This document shows, in pieces, positions 36,082 to 48,800 of a stretch of 62,079 nt of DNA. The translations under genes were made by a program, and so were the position numbers. Under the pieces are notes generated by a model. The model saw only the letters and a program-made list of their open reading frames with translations. It did not search any database and was not told the DNA's origin. The stretch covers positions 570,738 to 632,816 of the forward strand of contig ML992502.1 of assembly GCA_010093995.1 (NCBI GenBank). Direction: 5' to 3'. This stretch comes from Elsinoe ampelina. Its lineage: Eukaryota. How positions within the stretch are numbered: position 1 is the first letter of the stretch; each line of letters begins with the position of its first letter.

Positions 36082-38371
36082 TCACTGGTCTTTCTTGTCC
36101 TCCGTCGAGACCGCAGCGCGGATCAGACGGCCACCGATCTCTGCAGTCTCCTTCCAGTTCCTCTGCCTGGCCCAAAACCTGTCTTCGGCGGTGGCGGATT
36201 TGAGACTGCCTCTCCTTGCATCTTCTTCCAAACTCTCCCTGGTGATCTTTTCCCCGGCATCAGCCATCCTGGGGATCTTTGAAACATCGCTCAAGCTTTC
36301 CTCAAAGTATGTCTTCCTGACCATGAACCTATCCCTCCTCTCCTTTTGTCTACCAGGGCTGTCGAGCTTGCTGATGCCGATTTGTACTGCCCACCTGACC
36401 AGGAGGTATGCGTGTTCGCTTAGCAAAATAGTGAGCAGAAGGCCCCATCCCTTGATCATGTCTGGTCGCCCGTCTGGTCCTCCGTTCTCGCCAGAGAACA
36501 TGTAGACTAATGCACTGCTCGTGATAGCACCGATCCAACTCAAGAGACCGAGAGAGTCCAGCCAAGGTCCAATCGTGTCTCTCCTGGAAGGCGTGGGGCG
36601 CTGCATTTCGATACAGATCTTGACAGCGTCCGCACGTAGCTCGACCCAGTCGTTGATGAGAAAACTAATCCCGGTCAGAGGCCAGACGACACTGAAGAGC
36701 GACAGATAGCCGAATTGCAGGACCATCTCGCGGAGGTCATCGGTGACATTGTAAGTATCAAGCTCTGACTCTTGACGCACACGCGCTAGAAAAGCCGACT
36801 CTTCTGGAATATCGTTCTCGGACGGATTGGGGGCAGAGCCACCATTTTTCGCAGCACGAGAGGTCTGCATCTCCTTGTACTTTCCAAAGCCCTTGCGCTT
36901 GAGATATGGCACGATAACTTCCATGCCAAGATTGACAATCTGAGCAGTGACGGTGAAGTAAATGACCTGCTTCCGGAGGCGATCAGGATTGATGTGGAAC
37001 TTGCTGCTCGATGGTGTCTGAAGCTGCTTGTCGTTGTCTGCAAACGCAGAGACAGTGACACTGAAGATATCCAGGTAGGGGACGATAAGTGATCCGAAGG
37101 GAACATAGACAAAGGCTGTCAAGAAAATACCAAGATAAGAAGTGATGAAGTTTAGGATGAAAATCTTTTGGGTCATGGCTGTTTCGTGAGCTGCGTCGGT
37201 CTCGTAATTCTCAAAGTGTGTGAGCCGGGTTGCGATAGTCGTGAAAATGCCCGTCAGGACTGGAAGACCAGTAGTAAGAATGCCAGTAGGAAGGAAAACC
37301 AGAATCGACTTCAATGGTCCAGAGTATACTTCGGAGATGAAGATCTCAATGGCGAAAGCAGTGGCAATGAGTGAGCCGAGGACAGACGCCGCAGCAATCG
37401 CGAAGGGTAGCTGGAGGAGCTGGCGTTGGAGGCGCTTGGTAGCTGGGAAGACCCTCACAGTCTCGCCGGTTACGGGGTCAGTCATCTCCTTCTCATGCGT
37501 GTACTCCTTTCTCTTTGTCTGGATCTTTGACACCCCCTTAACACCCCACTTGACCGCAAGGTCGTACTCCTGGTGTTTCCAGTATTCCACAAAGACAATC
37601 GTCCAGAGGGTGCTGGCGATGGCATACACGGGAGAGAAGCCGCCAAGTAGAAACCAAGTTGAACCACCAATGGCTGCAGGAGCTAGCAGAAATTGAAAGT
37701 ATGACTGGGTAAATGCAAAGTAGAATGCAATCTATGCACAATTAGCACTGTCGATATCTAGGCCCCCTCACACTTACATTCTCCCCGAGACGATCCCTGA
37801 TTTCATCAATGTCCGTTGAGTCGAGCAGGTACTTGGTGCTCCACCGCTTGATCCAAGCCTTATTGTATGCATGGTCGTGGAGTGCAAAGATAGACTCCAC
37901 ATTCTCCCATTCGCCTTGCTTGGCCGTAATGCCAGCGCCTCCTTCTGACTCTGGAAGAGTGATCAAGCGATGGATGATCCTCAGACGTTCACTCTCGTGA
38001 AGTGGTTCCGCTTCAATCGATTTGCGGGTCTCCTTCTCCGGAGCAGCTGCTCGAATGCCATGAATCCAGTCGTTGACTCTATCGGGAGGTCAGGTGTGTC
38101 GCTCCGAGCTTCAACAGTCTACTTACCTGGACCGGTAGACTTCCCCGAACATGTGCTCTTGACTGGCAACTCGGACAAAGACGAGCACTGACGAGCCATC
38201 GCCAGCGCGTACTTCGGTTGACAGGCCAACTGAGGACAACTTCTCGACCAGCTTCTCAAACTGAGCTGTGGCTTTCTGCTTGTCTGTAGTGGTGAAGCGG
38301 TAGCTGACAACATAGTCCACGCCCATGTTGCCTTGGTCAGCCACCGTAGCTCTGGTAGGTGATGAAGCCAT
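36082..38371 (-). CDS. Anoctamin/TMEM16 family Ca2+-activated scramblase/channel
   Basis: GVDYVVSY, IFALHD, IRDRLGE, FVEYWK, FENYET, DDLREMVLQFGYL, NDWVELRADA, DTIGPWLD; spliced from ORFs 38123-38371, 37742-37966 and 36082-37629. Confidence 0.9.
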
Positions 38372-38656
38372 GCTGAGCTATACTCAACAGCAATACCTCT
38401 CAGGATGAAGTATGAATGAACAAGGAGAGTGACAAAGCTCAATTGCGAGAAGATAGAAACAGGGTCAACAGAGCGGTTCCAAAAATCAAGCTCGCGATGA
38501 GGGCGACGTCATTTTGCGGGAGCGTGAGCCGCTCCGTCGATCATTGCAAATCGTCAACAGTGGATCGTCTTCACTAATAAAACTACACGCACGGCATCTT
38601 CACGCAGAAGTGCATCCGGCATTTTGGTACATCGCAATCCCTGTCGCATTCGAGCC

Positions 38657-39613
38657 ATGCTCTTTGGCAATGATGACCCCTTCGAACCTCAACCGCTTCC
38701 TGCTGTGATCCTTCGCTCGCCCATCAAATTCTTGGTCAGGACACTACATCACACTTTGTGCACTATCAGATCAAATCCAAAGCCGATCAATCCTGCTATA
38801 CGAGTCGTGTGCATATCCGACACGCATTCCAAAGTCACGACAATACCGGATGGAGACGTCTTGATTCATGCTGGGGATCTTACTAATGCCGGCACTCCCA
38901 AAGACATCCAGCTTCAAATAGACTGGCTAAACAGTCTCCCTCATCGATATAAAATATGCATCGCTGGCAACCATGACACTTGGCTCGATCCACGATCACG
39001 GCTGCAACTACCGAAAAAAGACATGAGCCCTGGAAAGCTGGATTGGCGGGATGTAACCTATCTACAGCACTCGTCTATATCCTTGTATTTCCCATCACAT
39101 GCGGGACGACGCCTCAAGGTGTATGGAGCGCCGCAGATACCAGCTTGCGGAGGGCCTGAATTTGCGTTCCAGTACCCCAGAGGCAGTGATGCATGGTCAG
39201 AAACAGTACCGCCAGACACTGATGTCCTGGTCACACATACGCCGCCCAAATTTCACCTAGATTTGCCAGCGACCCTTGGATGTGAACATCTTCTGCGAGA
39301 GATTTGGCGGATAAAGCCGTCTTTGCATGTTTTTGGACACGTCCATGGAGGTCGAGGCCAGGAGACTCTGTACTGGGACAGTGCTCAGGAAGCATATGAG
39401 CAGGCATGCACCAGATCTGATGGCATTGTCTCGGGTCTTCTGAATGTCTTTTTGTGGGCGAATCTGGTCGAGGTGGTGGTGTATGGTAGCCTAGGCTTCT
39501 TGTGGAGTACACTGTGGGGTGGCAAGCAAAGAAGCTCGCGACTGGTCAATGCCAGTCTGACATATAATAATACTGGCAGACTTGGGAACCGACCCCAGGT
39601 GATCAGTATATAG
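38657..39613 (+). CDS. Metallophosphoesterase (MPPED-like calcineurin-like phosphoesterase)
   Basis: CISDTH, IHAGDLT, IAGNHD, VTHTPP, VFGHVH motifs; first ATG at 38657. Confidence 0.88.
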   Translation: MLFGNDDPFEPQPLPAVILRSPIKFLVRTLHHTLCTIRSNPKPINPAIRVVCISDTHSKVTTIPDGDVLIHAGDLTNAGTPKDIQLQIDWLNSLPHRYKICIAGNHDTWLDPRSRLQLPKKDMSPGKLDWRDVTYLQHSSISLYFPSHAGRRLKVYGAPQIPACGGPEFAFQYPRGSDAWSETVPPDTDVLVTHTPPKFHLDLPATLGCEHLLREIWRIKPSLHVFGHVHGGRGQETLYWDSAQEAYEQACTRSDGIVSGLLNVFLWANLVEVVVYGSLGFLWSTLWGGKQRSSRLVNASLTYNNTGRLGNRPQVISI

Positions 39614-39763
39614 TGCTGAGAGCTGACTTGGGGAATCTGCACAGCAGCAGAGACGTCCAGATCAGAGACTGTGGACGTGTAGATAGATCCTTAACATACC
39701 AGACTGTGGTACAGCATGGCCGCGGAGATGGTTTTGGTCAGTGAACTACACCCAGCGGCAGTC

Positions 39764-40456
39764 TCACGAGCCCCTTGCCCTGCCACGAGTTCCGCTGACA
39801 CCCCTACCTATGCCGCTTACCCCTCGTGCCGTTGATGTTGGTCTGCGAGTTCCGGAAGCAGAGACGCCACCCCGCGCTGGTGCGCCTCTCGTTGCCGACG
39901 ATAGTCCACGGCCTCTAGCGCGACCACCTCTACTGCTAGATGGAGTAGCTGCACGCTTCCTCTCCTCTTCTTCCGCTGCTCTGGCTGCCGCCTCTCGTCG
40001 AATGTCCTCCTCTGCTGCCCTCCGCTCGGCCGCTTGCTGTCGCAGTATTGACTCGTTCTCGAGGTCTTCTAGATCCTGGGTAGCACCTTGCCACTCTGGA
40101 TTGAGAAGCAGTCGCTGATTGTGTTCTGTTTGCGACAAAATGCGTGTCCAGGTATCCAGCAGGGTAGAAGCGGATCGCACTGAGCTGTTGACTGTGCTCA
40201 TGTTGTCGCGAGACTTTTCCAGACTGCCAATGACCTTTTCAATGACTTGATTGGCTCCTCTGACCTTTTCGAGCTCTCTGCGCAATGCCTCTTCGCGGGC
40301 TCCATCTTGCTCGTAGGTAGTACGTGAAGGCGTGTGCGACGCCGAATTACGCCCGCTAGCTTGACCGTCTTGTGCACTCCTTGCCTGCTTCCTTGAGGCG
40401 AAGAGGTCTTCAGAATCCGAATCATCCAGATTGAGCGAAGCAATATCTCGAGACAT
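39764..40456 (-). CDS. DUO1: DASH/Dam1 complex subunit Duo1
   Basis: LRRELEKVR..VIEKVI..ASTLLDTWTRILSQTEHNQRLLLNPEWQGA; RG-rich C-terminal tail. Confidence 0.88.
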   Translation of the reverse strand: MSRDIASLNLDDSDSEDLFASRKQARSAQDGQASGRNSASHTPSRTTYEQDGAREEALRRELEKVRGANQVIEKVIGSLEKSRDNMSTVNSSVRSASTLLDTWTRILSQTEHNQRLLLNPEWQGATQDLEDLENESILRQQAAERRAAEEDIRREAAARAAEEEERKRAATPSSSRGGRARGRGLSSATRGAPARGGVSASGTRRPTSTARGVSGIGRGVSGTRGRARGS

Positions 40457-40539
40457 TGCTCGCAAGCATGAGGTCGAGAAATCTAGATAGTTCTAATCGA
40501 TGCATAATTCATCCTGCAAGGGACAATCAAGTGGGGCGG

Positions 40540-40563
40540 GCGCGTACCTGACACGAAACGCGT
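40540..40563. promoter_or_regulatory. Overlapping SCB/MCB-like cell-cycle elements in a divergent promoter
   Basis: CACGAAA (40552-40558) overlapping ACGCGT (40558-40563), plus GCGCGT (40540-40545), about 100 bp upstream of DUO1. Confidence 0.5.
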
Positions 40564-40915
40564 GCCACGACACGCCAAGACAACCAGCCTCCCGAGATCC
40601 TGAACTTCACCTCATGTCCCGAAATCTGCCATCCCCATTGCTGCTCGGACCCTTTCTGCACTCACTCTGATGACATCGATACGACTCTCAAGACTTCCAA
40701 TTCTCAGGAACATATCCCATAATTCAAGACATCCATAATTGACCTATTCCTACCAAGTGCCTAGCGCCAGACAATCAACGCAAACTACTCTTTCACAGAG
40801 TGTCCTACCTCTCCTCCCGACACCAAAATTCCATTGTATTCTAAGAGGATCAACATCTATCCCAAGAGACTCTTGCATATCGCATCTGGACGTCTGCAGG
40901 AAGAAATAGCACCTC

Positions 40916-42277
40916 ATGCTGCCGGCGATAACCGCCATGATGACGGGACCAACCACACCGCCGCCGCCAGGACGATTGCGCACACCTCCCACCCCACTCC
41001 ATGGCCCGAAATATGACAGCTTCGAGCCATATTCACCTCCAAGAAGGTCAGCCAGAGTTCAGGAAAAGCAGAAACAGGAACTGGACACATCACCATCACC
41101 ATCATCGATAAGCGCCGTGCGACACAGGGCGAGGTCGCACGTCACACAGGATATCAATTCGACACCAAGAGCAGACAGAGTCAAACTGAATCGTCAATCA
41201 TCGCAACAGACACTCTCCCCACCCTCATCCCCAGAGGGTCTTCATAAAGCGCAACCAACGGCGCTACCCGCCATAGACGAGATGCACAGTCGGCTCGTGG
41301 CTAGGTATGACGGGAATGTGGATGCGGCGCAAGCATCTGAAGGCGCATTTCCAACGCCAAGGAAAACTCCGCGCAGGCGGGATAGCTCCTCAAATTCACG
41401 TGTCATCAACATCAAACCTCACGACTCACAACAGATTTTTCCAACACCAAAGCGAAGGGTCAGATACACCCTCGATAGCCCAACACACTCTCCTTCAGCT
41501 CCCACGAAAGTCTTTATCGACTCACAAGATCGACAGCCAGAAATGGAGGCATCCAAGGACAATCCATTTGTTGGTCCTCGTCACAAGACCAAGTCTAGCC
41601 GAAGATCACACTACCGGAAGAATCGAGAGGAGCGCCAGATGGATGAGCTCGTCAAGGAGGGCAAGGGCATGATCTACACATTGTAAGTCGCCACGTTGAG
41701 AACCAATATCGTCGCATGAATTTACTAACACTCTATTAGCCGCGGCAAAAGAATTTTCCGTGCCTACAGCGAAGATCACGACAATTCCGAGGGTGATAGC
41801 GAGCCGAGCCACATATACCGCAGCCAGTCTGCTCGAGTCGCCGCTGCTGCTGGTCCATCTGCTGGACGCCCACTTACCCGTTCGCACCTCAAGCCTCGCC
41901 TCCTATTCACTGCAGACGACCACGCTCAGTCGGGCAGTTTCACCGATGAGGAAGCACTCACCGATATCGAGGAGAAGGACGACAACGGTAGTCAGTCCGA
42001 ATCTCAGGGAGCTGACGAACCAATCGACGAGACTGCCCAGTCCAACGCAGTCTCACTACCATTGGTCGCCACCAGCACGATTGCACAAGACACACCCTCT
42101 TTGGCCCCTCCACAAAATGCCGTCAAGGGCAAGAAGCCTTCGCCATTTGACAGCTGGCCTCGTCAGAAGGCGGGTTCTGCTGCTAGTATATCGTCAGGTA
42201 CGAAGCGACCAGCGCCTTCACCAGAGGAGCAGAGTGTTGGCAAGCGCACCAGAAGCCACGCCTCGTCCAACGTCTGA
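40916..42277 (+). CDS. Hypothetical disordered protein rich in S/T-P sites
   Basis: ORF 40916-41682 joined by intron 41683-41739 (GTAAGT..CTAAC..TAG) to give GMIYTFRGKRIFRAY, ending at 42277. Confidence 0.72.
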
Positions 42278-43154
42278 AAGACATGGTCAAGCCGGTACAC
42301 CGTCGCACCCAGTTCCAGCCTAGACAATGTTTCTTGGACAACCGCGCGCGCTAGCGTCTTCCAAACACCAGATTTGCGCGACAAATGATAGACAAGAGAG
42401 CTCTGGCGAGGGGAGGACAGATTCCTTGGAAGATGGACACGATACCCGATGCGCAAGAGCGCTTGCACACGAGCACGATTTCTTTTAACGACACAGTAAC
42501 GACCACTTGATACCATGGGAGGGAAAATCAATAGTTCTGGAATAGCCAGAATAGGGCACAAAGCACCTGCCGGAGATCGGCTGCAGTCAGGGCTCTGACA
42601 TGCTTAATATAGATCGAATGAACGACGATCTTCAGTCTTCTTTGAACTTCCATCGTGTCTGCAGGATCACTCAAGGCTTGTGGTGAAGATGACGTGCCGA
42701 CTGCTTCTTACTTTGTTCCTCATTCCTGCCGTGCTTTAGCCTTTCGGATCTGGTGCCGTGATATGCCGGGTGTAAAGCCTCACAATCGTCCGAAAGAAGA
42801 GAGTGAAGACGATCACACCTTGCGAGAACACTTTGCCAATATACAACAACAACATGCATCACAAGCACGACGCAAATGGCTCAAGCAGTAAAGACATTGT
42901 ACATTACATCTCTATCGCATCTATCCTCTCCGCCCTTACAAGCTTCCTCCATCTACCCCGCCCATCCAATACAAAAGTAATCATCCATCTTCTATCATGT
43001 CTAAAGAGCGTCATAGTCGGCGTAAAGATCGTGAATCCTATCCTCTTCCTTCCCTGGCCCCTTCCTCAATCTCCATACTATCCCTCACTCTCTCACCGCT
43101 CCCCCCTTCACTCTACCTTCTCGACTTCCCCTTCCTCGACCCATCAAGCTGAAC

Positions 43155-44441
43155 TTACACCAAAAACGCCACAGCACCCACCAAAGCAGCAGCGAACGCC
43201 CCTCCGTTCCTGCTGACAGCCACCGCGGCGCCAGTGAACGTCACCACGCTCGAGGTCGACGAAGCAGGCCTTGTAGTCGTCGGGGTCGTGGCAGAAGATG
43301 CAGGAGGAGCGGCTACTGGTGCAGTGGTGCTTGGAGCCGGGGGAGCAGCGGGTGGTGGTGCGGAGCTGCTCGGGGCTGGTGGGGCGGCTGGGGGAGCGGA
43401 GGTGCTTGGAGCTGGGGGAGCAGGGGCTGGGGCAGAGGTGGTTGGGGCTGGGGGTGCTGGGGCGGGAGTGGTCGAGGGAGGACATGGGGTTGTGGTGTTG
43501 GTGTAGACCTTTGGTGGTGGTGGAGGGGCGGGGGTGGCGGAAGTCGTGCAGGGGGTGGTGCTGTTGGTGTAGACTGGTGGTTTTTGGACCGGCGGGACGA
43601 CCGAGGAGGTGGTGCATGGAGTTGTTGATGGGGTGGTGCTGGTCGTGCAGGGAGTGGTGGTTGGTGGGAGGATGACTGGGCTGGTTGGCTTCCAGGGTTT
43701 GGTGATGGTGCACGGGCAGTCGGTGATGGTTAGGGTGGTGGCAGAGGTAACGGTATAGGTCTTGGTGCCCCAGGAGATAGTTGTGGGCTCAGGGCAGTAA
43801 GTTGTGAAGGAGCTGACAATGACGGTAGTGGTGGTAGCGTGCTCAGCGGGCGAGGAGGTGGTTGGCTGTGCGAAGGGGTTATATCCGAGGCAGCCAGCAA
43901 GCTCTGCTACACACTGAGCATTGTTCGGATCCGGCTGAGCCTTGCACTTGTTGAAGCCATTGTAGCAGACTGTCTCGGTGGAGTTGCCCTTGCCGGTCGG
44001 AGAAGGAGACGCAGAAGCCGAGGTGGAAGAAGCAGTGGTCGACTGCGCGAAAGGGTTGTATCCGAGGCAGCCGGCAAGCTCTGCTACACACTGAGCATTG
44101 TTCGGATCTGGCTGAGCCTTGCATTTGTTGAAGCCACTGTAGCAGACTGCCTCTTTCCCGGTGGGCGAAGGAGAAGCAGAGGCAGAAGTAGTAGTGGTGG
44201 TACTGGTCGAGCGGGCGAATGGGTTGTAACCCAAGCAGCCAGCAAGGTTAGCTACGCATTGAGCGTTGTTCGCCTGAGGCTGAGCCTTGCAGTTGTCGAA
44301 GGCGGCGTAGCAGAGGCCACCAGTAGCGGACGCTGATGCTGAAGAAGAAGCCGAAGTGGTGGTCAGCGATGATACGCCAGCATGGGGAGCAGCAATGGCA
44401 GTGGCGGCGAAGCCTGCGAGGGCGATGAGAGCACACTTCAT
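43155..44441 (-). CDS. Secreted GPI-anchored cell-wall protein with three Cys-rich repeats and a CCG-6/Sed1-like motif
   Basis: Signal peptide; three CY..F..CKAQP..NNAQCVA.LAGCLGYNPF repeats; TTYCPEPTT..TYTVT..TLTITDCPCT motif; Pro/Thr-rich stalk; FTGAA..hydrophobic GPI signal. Confidence 0.88.
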   Translation of the reverse strand: MKCALIALAGFAATAIAAPHAGVSSLTTTSASSSASASATGGLCYAAFDNCKAQPQANNAQCVANLAGCLGYNPFARSTSTTTTTSASASPSPTGKEAVCYSGFNKCKAQPDPNNAQCVAELAGCLGYNPFAQSTTASSTSASASPSPTGKGNSTETVCYNGFNKCKAQPDPNNAQCVAELAGCLGYNPFAQPTTSSPAEHATTTTVIVSSFTTYCPEPTTISWGTKTYTVTSATTLTITDCPCTITKPWKPTSPVILPPTTTPCTTSTTPSTTPCTTSSVVPPVQKPPVYTNSTTPCTTSATPAPPPPPKVYTNTTTPCPPSTTPAPAPPAPTTSAPAPAPPAPSTSAPPAAPPAPSSSAPPPAAPPAPSTTAPVAAPPASSATTPTTTRPASSTSSVVTFTGAAVAVSRNGGAFAAALVGAVAFLV

Positions 44442-45653
44442 TATGGATTAGGTGTAGTGGGAGTGAATGCTCTGTAACGAAGGTGTTTGTTAACAAAGGA
44501 AGTGATGATGGAAGGAAAACTGATAGAGGAGAACTGAGCCCTTAAGTTCTTTTGCTCACTTACACTCACGAGATGCATACTGTTGAACATCCGGCTCGAG
44601 GTAGAAAGAAAGACTTTGTGATGATGCCAATGGCTGACCGACGTGAATGCAGTAGTGAAAGCTTCATGTCGACAAAGAGTGGATACGGGCATACCGAAGT
44701 AGTGGAGGATTGATAGTAATCTGGTAACTCGTGACCCATCTGCACAAGCACATTTGCCGCTTCTAGCAACGCGGGCATTGAAGTGGAGGGGTATGGGGCA
44801 AGCATACTTCCCGCGTGCATGGTATTTACAGAAATAGCAAATCTGTCTCGCGTATCGGCTGTGTTGAAAACCTTCTTGGCCGGTTCCGCAGGACCTGGTT
44901 GGCCAGCAAAGAAAAGGTGACGGCGCAATGATCGTGCACGTGTAAAGGTTACTTCTCGCTCGACTATGACTTCTGAGAGCGCTCGAGCATTGTGAATGGA
45001 AGCAGGATCTGGACGAGGTGGTATCTCGTATTTTGAGCCTCGAGAAAGGTGACCAAATGACGTTCAGAGAGCCAATGGCGCCGGGTCCTTCACCGAGCTT
45101 GTCCAGCGGCTGAATGGTAATGGGATGCCCTGATGTCGTCCATCATCAGAATTGTGTGCGTACCGGAACAATGTCAAAATAGGACCTGTATTCCTGCCTG
45201 CATCTCGAGGTTGATGCTTCGCTGTCACGAAATTGGCTGGGAACGACATCGTCATCGTAAAGTCTATACACGTGAAGTAATTAGGGCAAACATCCTCCGA
45301 TCTATCGGCAGAAAAGATCCGATCACAAAATGACACTTGCGGACCGTCAAGGTCATATGCTAGGAGGCTTGTGTTAGGAACGCGAGGGATCTCTCCCACT
45401 CTCCTTGCCAGCCCGAATGATAATCGTAGAAGCGCATCGATAGCAATTTCAGAAATCTGTCGTAGTGCCAGTATTTTGGGAATGGAATTTCACCTTATGA
45501 GAGAAGATGAGAGAAGGTGCTATATATCAGGTGGTGGTGAATTGTATGTCGAGGAGAACGCTGTCATCTCTTCCAGTCACGTGCAACATCTCCCGCCAGC
45601 CTTTCCCCACAGGATCATCGGGCATTGCCCGGCCCGTCTAGCCGCCATTTAAC

Positions 45654-45692
45654 TTTCGCGACAAACGCGTCGACCGAGGGGACTGGACGCGT
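45654..45692. promoter_or_regulatory. MCB element cluster upstream of TOF1
   Basis: TTTCGCG 45654-45660, ACGCGT 45665-45670 and ACGCGT 45687-45692, 150-190 bp upstream of the ATG. Confidence 0.6.
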
Positions 45693-45843
45693 CTGCTTCC
45701 GACCTGGGTCATCCAGGAATTTTTGAACGACTGAAATACACGAAATGCTCGTACACGATGTGGTGATAGGACGTGGCTCTTGATTTCGCATCCGGTGCTC
45801 GCAGATTGGCAACTGCATGCCACAGAGAGCCTCAGAGCTCACC

Positions 45844-48800
45844 ATGGAAGTCTTCGAAAAGAGTCAGACGATTGACCCGGAGGTCAGAGCATATATTTAT
45901 AGCCTTGTGTCTGCTGTGAGTATCACGATATGCCGTGCGGAGATCATTGACTGACACGAAACCAGATCGGAGGAAGCAGCGCCGCAGACGATGGACGATA
46001 TGTACTGGGAGACGACGCACTAGCTTGCTTGAAAGACTTGAGGAGATGGCTGAAGCTCTACGATACCAAGTTGGACAGGTTTGACGTCAAGAGAGTGCTC
46101 TCGGAAGCAAATGTGGTCAAGGGCGATCTACTGGAGATTCTCGGACAGTGGAGAGAAGACGACGAAACGAATGTCCTCCGGCGGAAGGTCGCAATTGGAT
46201 CCCTCGAGCTGCTGACGGAACTGACATGGCCGCTCTCTCTGGACAGCGACAAGGCCACAGTGAACCACGTCCGACATGCTCCTGTCATACAACTGGCTCA
46301 AGTCGACTACAAACGATCAATATTACACCATGAGTCTGAAGCCATCCTCCACAAAGCAATTGCTGCGGCTGTTCCAGCAATGACGGTCCCAAGGAGAGAG
46401 CGAAGTCCTCGAGAAGAGGGTATCATCAACCTTGTCCTATACCTTTTTAGGAACTTCGTCCTCATCTCGCAGCCGCCAAATCTGCCAAGTCATGGCAATG
46501 AGGAGGATATTTCAAGAGCAGAGACGATACATGCATTGGAGAGTCAGGACGTTCTCCAGTTGATCCTCACGATCTGCTCGGGAATGGGTGAAGACTTTGA
46601 TGAACAGGACATTATAGTCATGGAGCTGCTTTTTCACCTACTCAAGGGCATTGATCCCAAGCAAATCTTCCAAAATGACCGACAAGTCACCGAGGACAAG
46701 ATCTCGAATCTCAAAAAGACCCTACAGGCTGAGAAAGCCTTGCTATCATCACAAGCTCGGAATGCACCCACGCGACATAATCGTTTCGGCACAATGGTTT
46801 GGGTGCAACAATCCGATCAGAAGCTGGCCACTCTCACTGGACAAGACACAATCCTCGGCGGCGACTCCACCCTTCGTAAGATGGACAGCACGAAAAAGTG
46901 GAATCGCCCAAAGCATGCCAAACGGGACGCTCAAGAGGGAGTTTCGGACTTTGCTCCCGTGCACCTCGATTCTCGAGCTCGATCCGCTCTAAAGACATTC
47001 ATCTCAGACTTTCTCGATTCGTCTTTCAATCCTTTGTTCATGCACCTCCGCCGTGCCATCGAGCGTGAAGCAGAGCGTGTCAAAGAGGAGCACGCGCGGC
47101 AGTACTTCTTCCTGATATCCTGGTTCTTACGTGCATTCGCCGCCCGCCAATCTCTTGCAACCGGTTCCACCAGCCAAGCTACTGAAACCGAGACACCGTA
47201 CGCTTACATTGCAAGCGTACTGACCCAGGAGACCTTTGTTCTGCTCAACCGAACTATGCAGAAGAACCTTGACGACAAGTCTTACTCGGATGTGCATACT
47301 TGTCTTCTGGCTTTCACACAGATCATGCTCACGATTGACACGATGACTTCCTCGCCCAATGATGATGACCAAGAGATTGCGGAAAATATGCAAGCCCGAC
47401 TTTTCTATGAGGAACAAACTCATGACCGCATTCTGGCAGTACTTCGGGGCTACGAAGAAGGCAGACAAGGTGTGCCATACTTGGACGCGGCCACGGATCT
47501 CTCGCATGTTTTCATCCGATTGCTGGAGAGGTACAGCAAGGTGAACGTTGACATGTTTGTACGCTCAAAGCGCAGGGCGAGGAAGAAGGCCAGCCAGAAG
47601 CCGAAAGGAGGTGCCACGATCGAAGGTCTAGAAGATGACACAGCGCCTGCGGCGGAGGACGGAGCCAACGACGAAGTCGAGGCGCATCGGGAAGTGCAGG
47701 AGAGAAAATTCGACTTCAGTCGCTTCGCAGCACGGTTCGTGAACGAGAGCAGTGTCAATACCTTCGTGGCGTTGCTGCGAAGGTATCAAGACCTCGACCC
47801 GGAGCAGCTGAAGAGATGTCATCGCTTCTTCTATCGAGTGGCCTTCAAGATGGAGAGACCGATACTGCTATACAGAGTCGACATTCTGGTGCTTTTACAG
47901 CGATTGATTAAAGGACCCCAGGGACTGGACACAAAGGTCGACAGGAGAAGCTCAGTGTTTCGGGAGTGGGAAGAGCTGGTTAAACAGGTATTCCGCCGAT
48001 GCATCAAGAAGGTCGAGGAGAGGCCAGAGCTAATCGTTGAGATGCTCTTTACCAAAATCCCGAATACAATGTTCTACCTTGAGCATGGCTACGAGAAGGA
48101 GATCATCAAGGCTGCACCCAGAGCACCAGCTGAAATGGAAATCAAACCAGGGATGGATCATTTGCAGGAAATTGGCGTCGCGGTTGGTGTGCTCATCAAT
48201 CAAGGCAAATTGGACGCTCTTGCGTGGGTCAAGACTGTACTTACCAATGCTATCGACGAGCGGAAGAGCTGGGAAGATCTCAACATTGCTCTTGACGAAA
48301 GCATTTCGGATGCCGACAAGCAGACGCAGCTGTTCGGGCAAGGTCAAACGGAGACTGACCAGCTGACCAACGACAATGATACCGGCAATGCTTCGGAAAA
48401 GCAAACGGAGATTCAAGGCGCAGAAAAGCCACAACCACCTGCCATAGTGGTCATGCCCGACAGCGACGACCGCAGGACCGCGACCTTCAAAGACAAGCAT
48501 CTGAGATTGCTTTTGAAGACGCTGCAATTCCAACGTCTCGGAATGAACGACGATCCGACAGCAAGCTGGATCATTCCTTCATCATTATCATCTACCAGAA
48601 TTGAAGATGACTTGGATGCCATCCGGAAGTTCGAGTTCGACCCACCCGTATATGAGGACGGCAAGTCTGCAGAGTCGTTCATTCGCAACGAATCAGCGGG
48701 TCGTCGCAACGCGTACGAGAAGGAAGCGAGCGACGACGAAGGTGATTCTGACCTTGACGAGAGTCTGTTTGTACCTGGCGGTCCGACTGTGAGACCAGAT

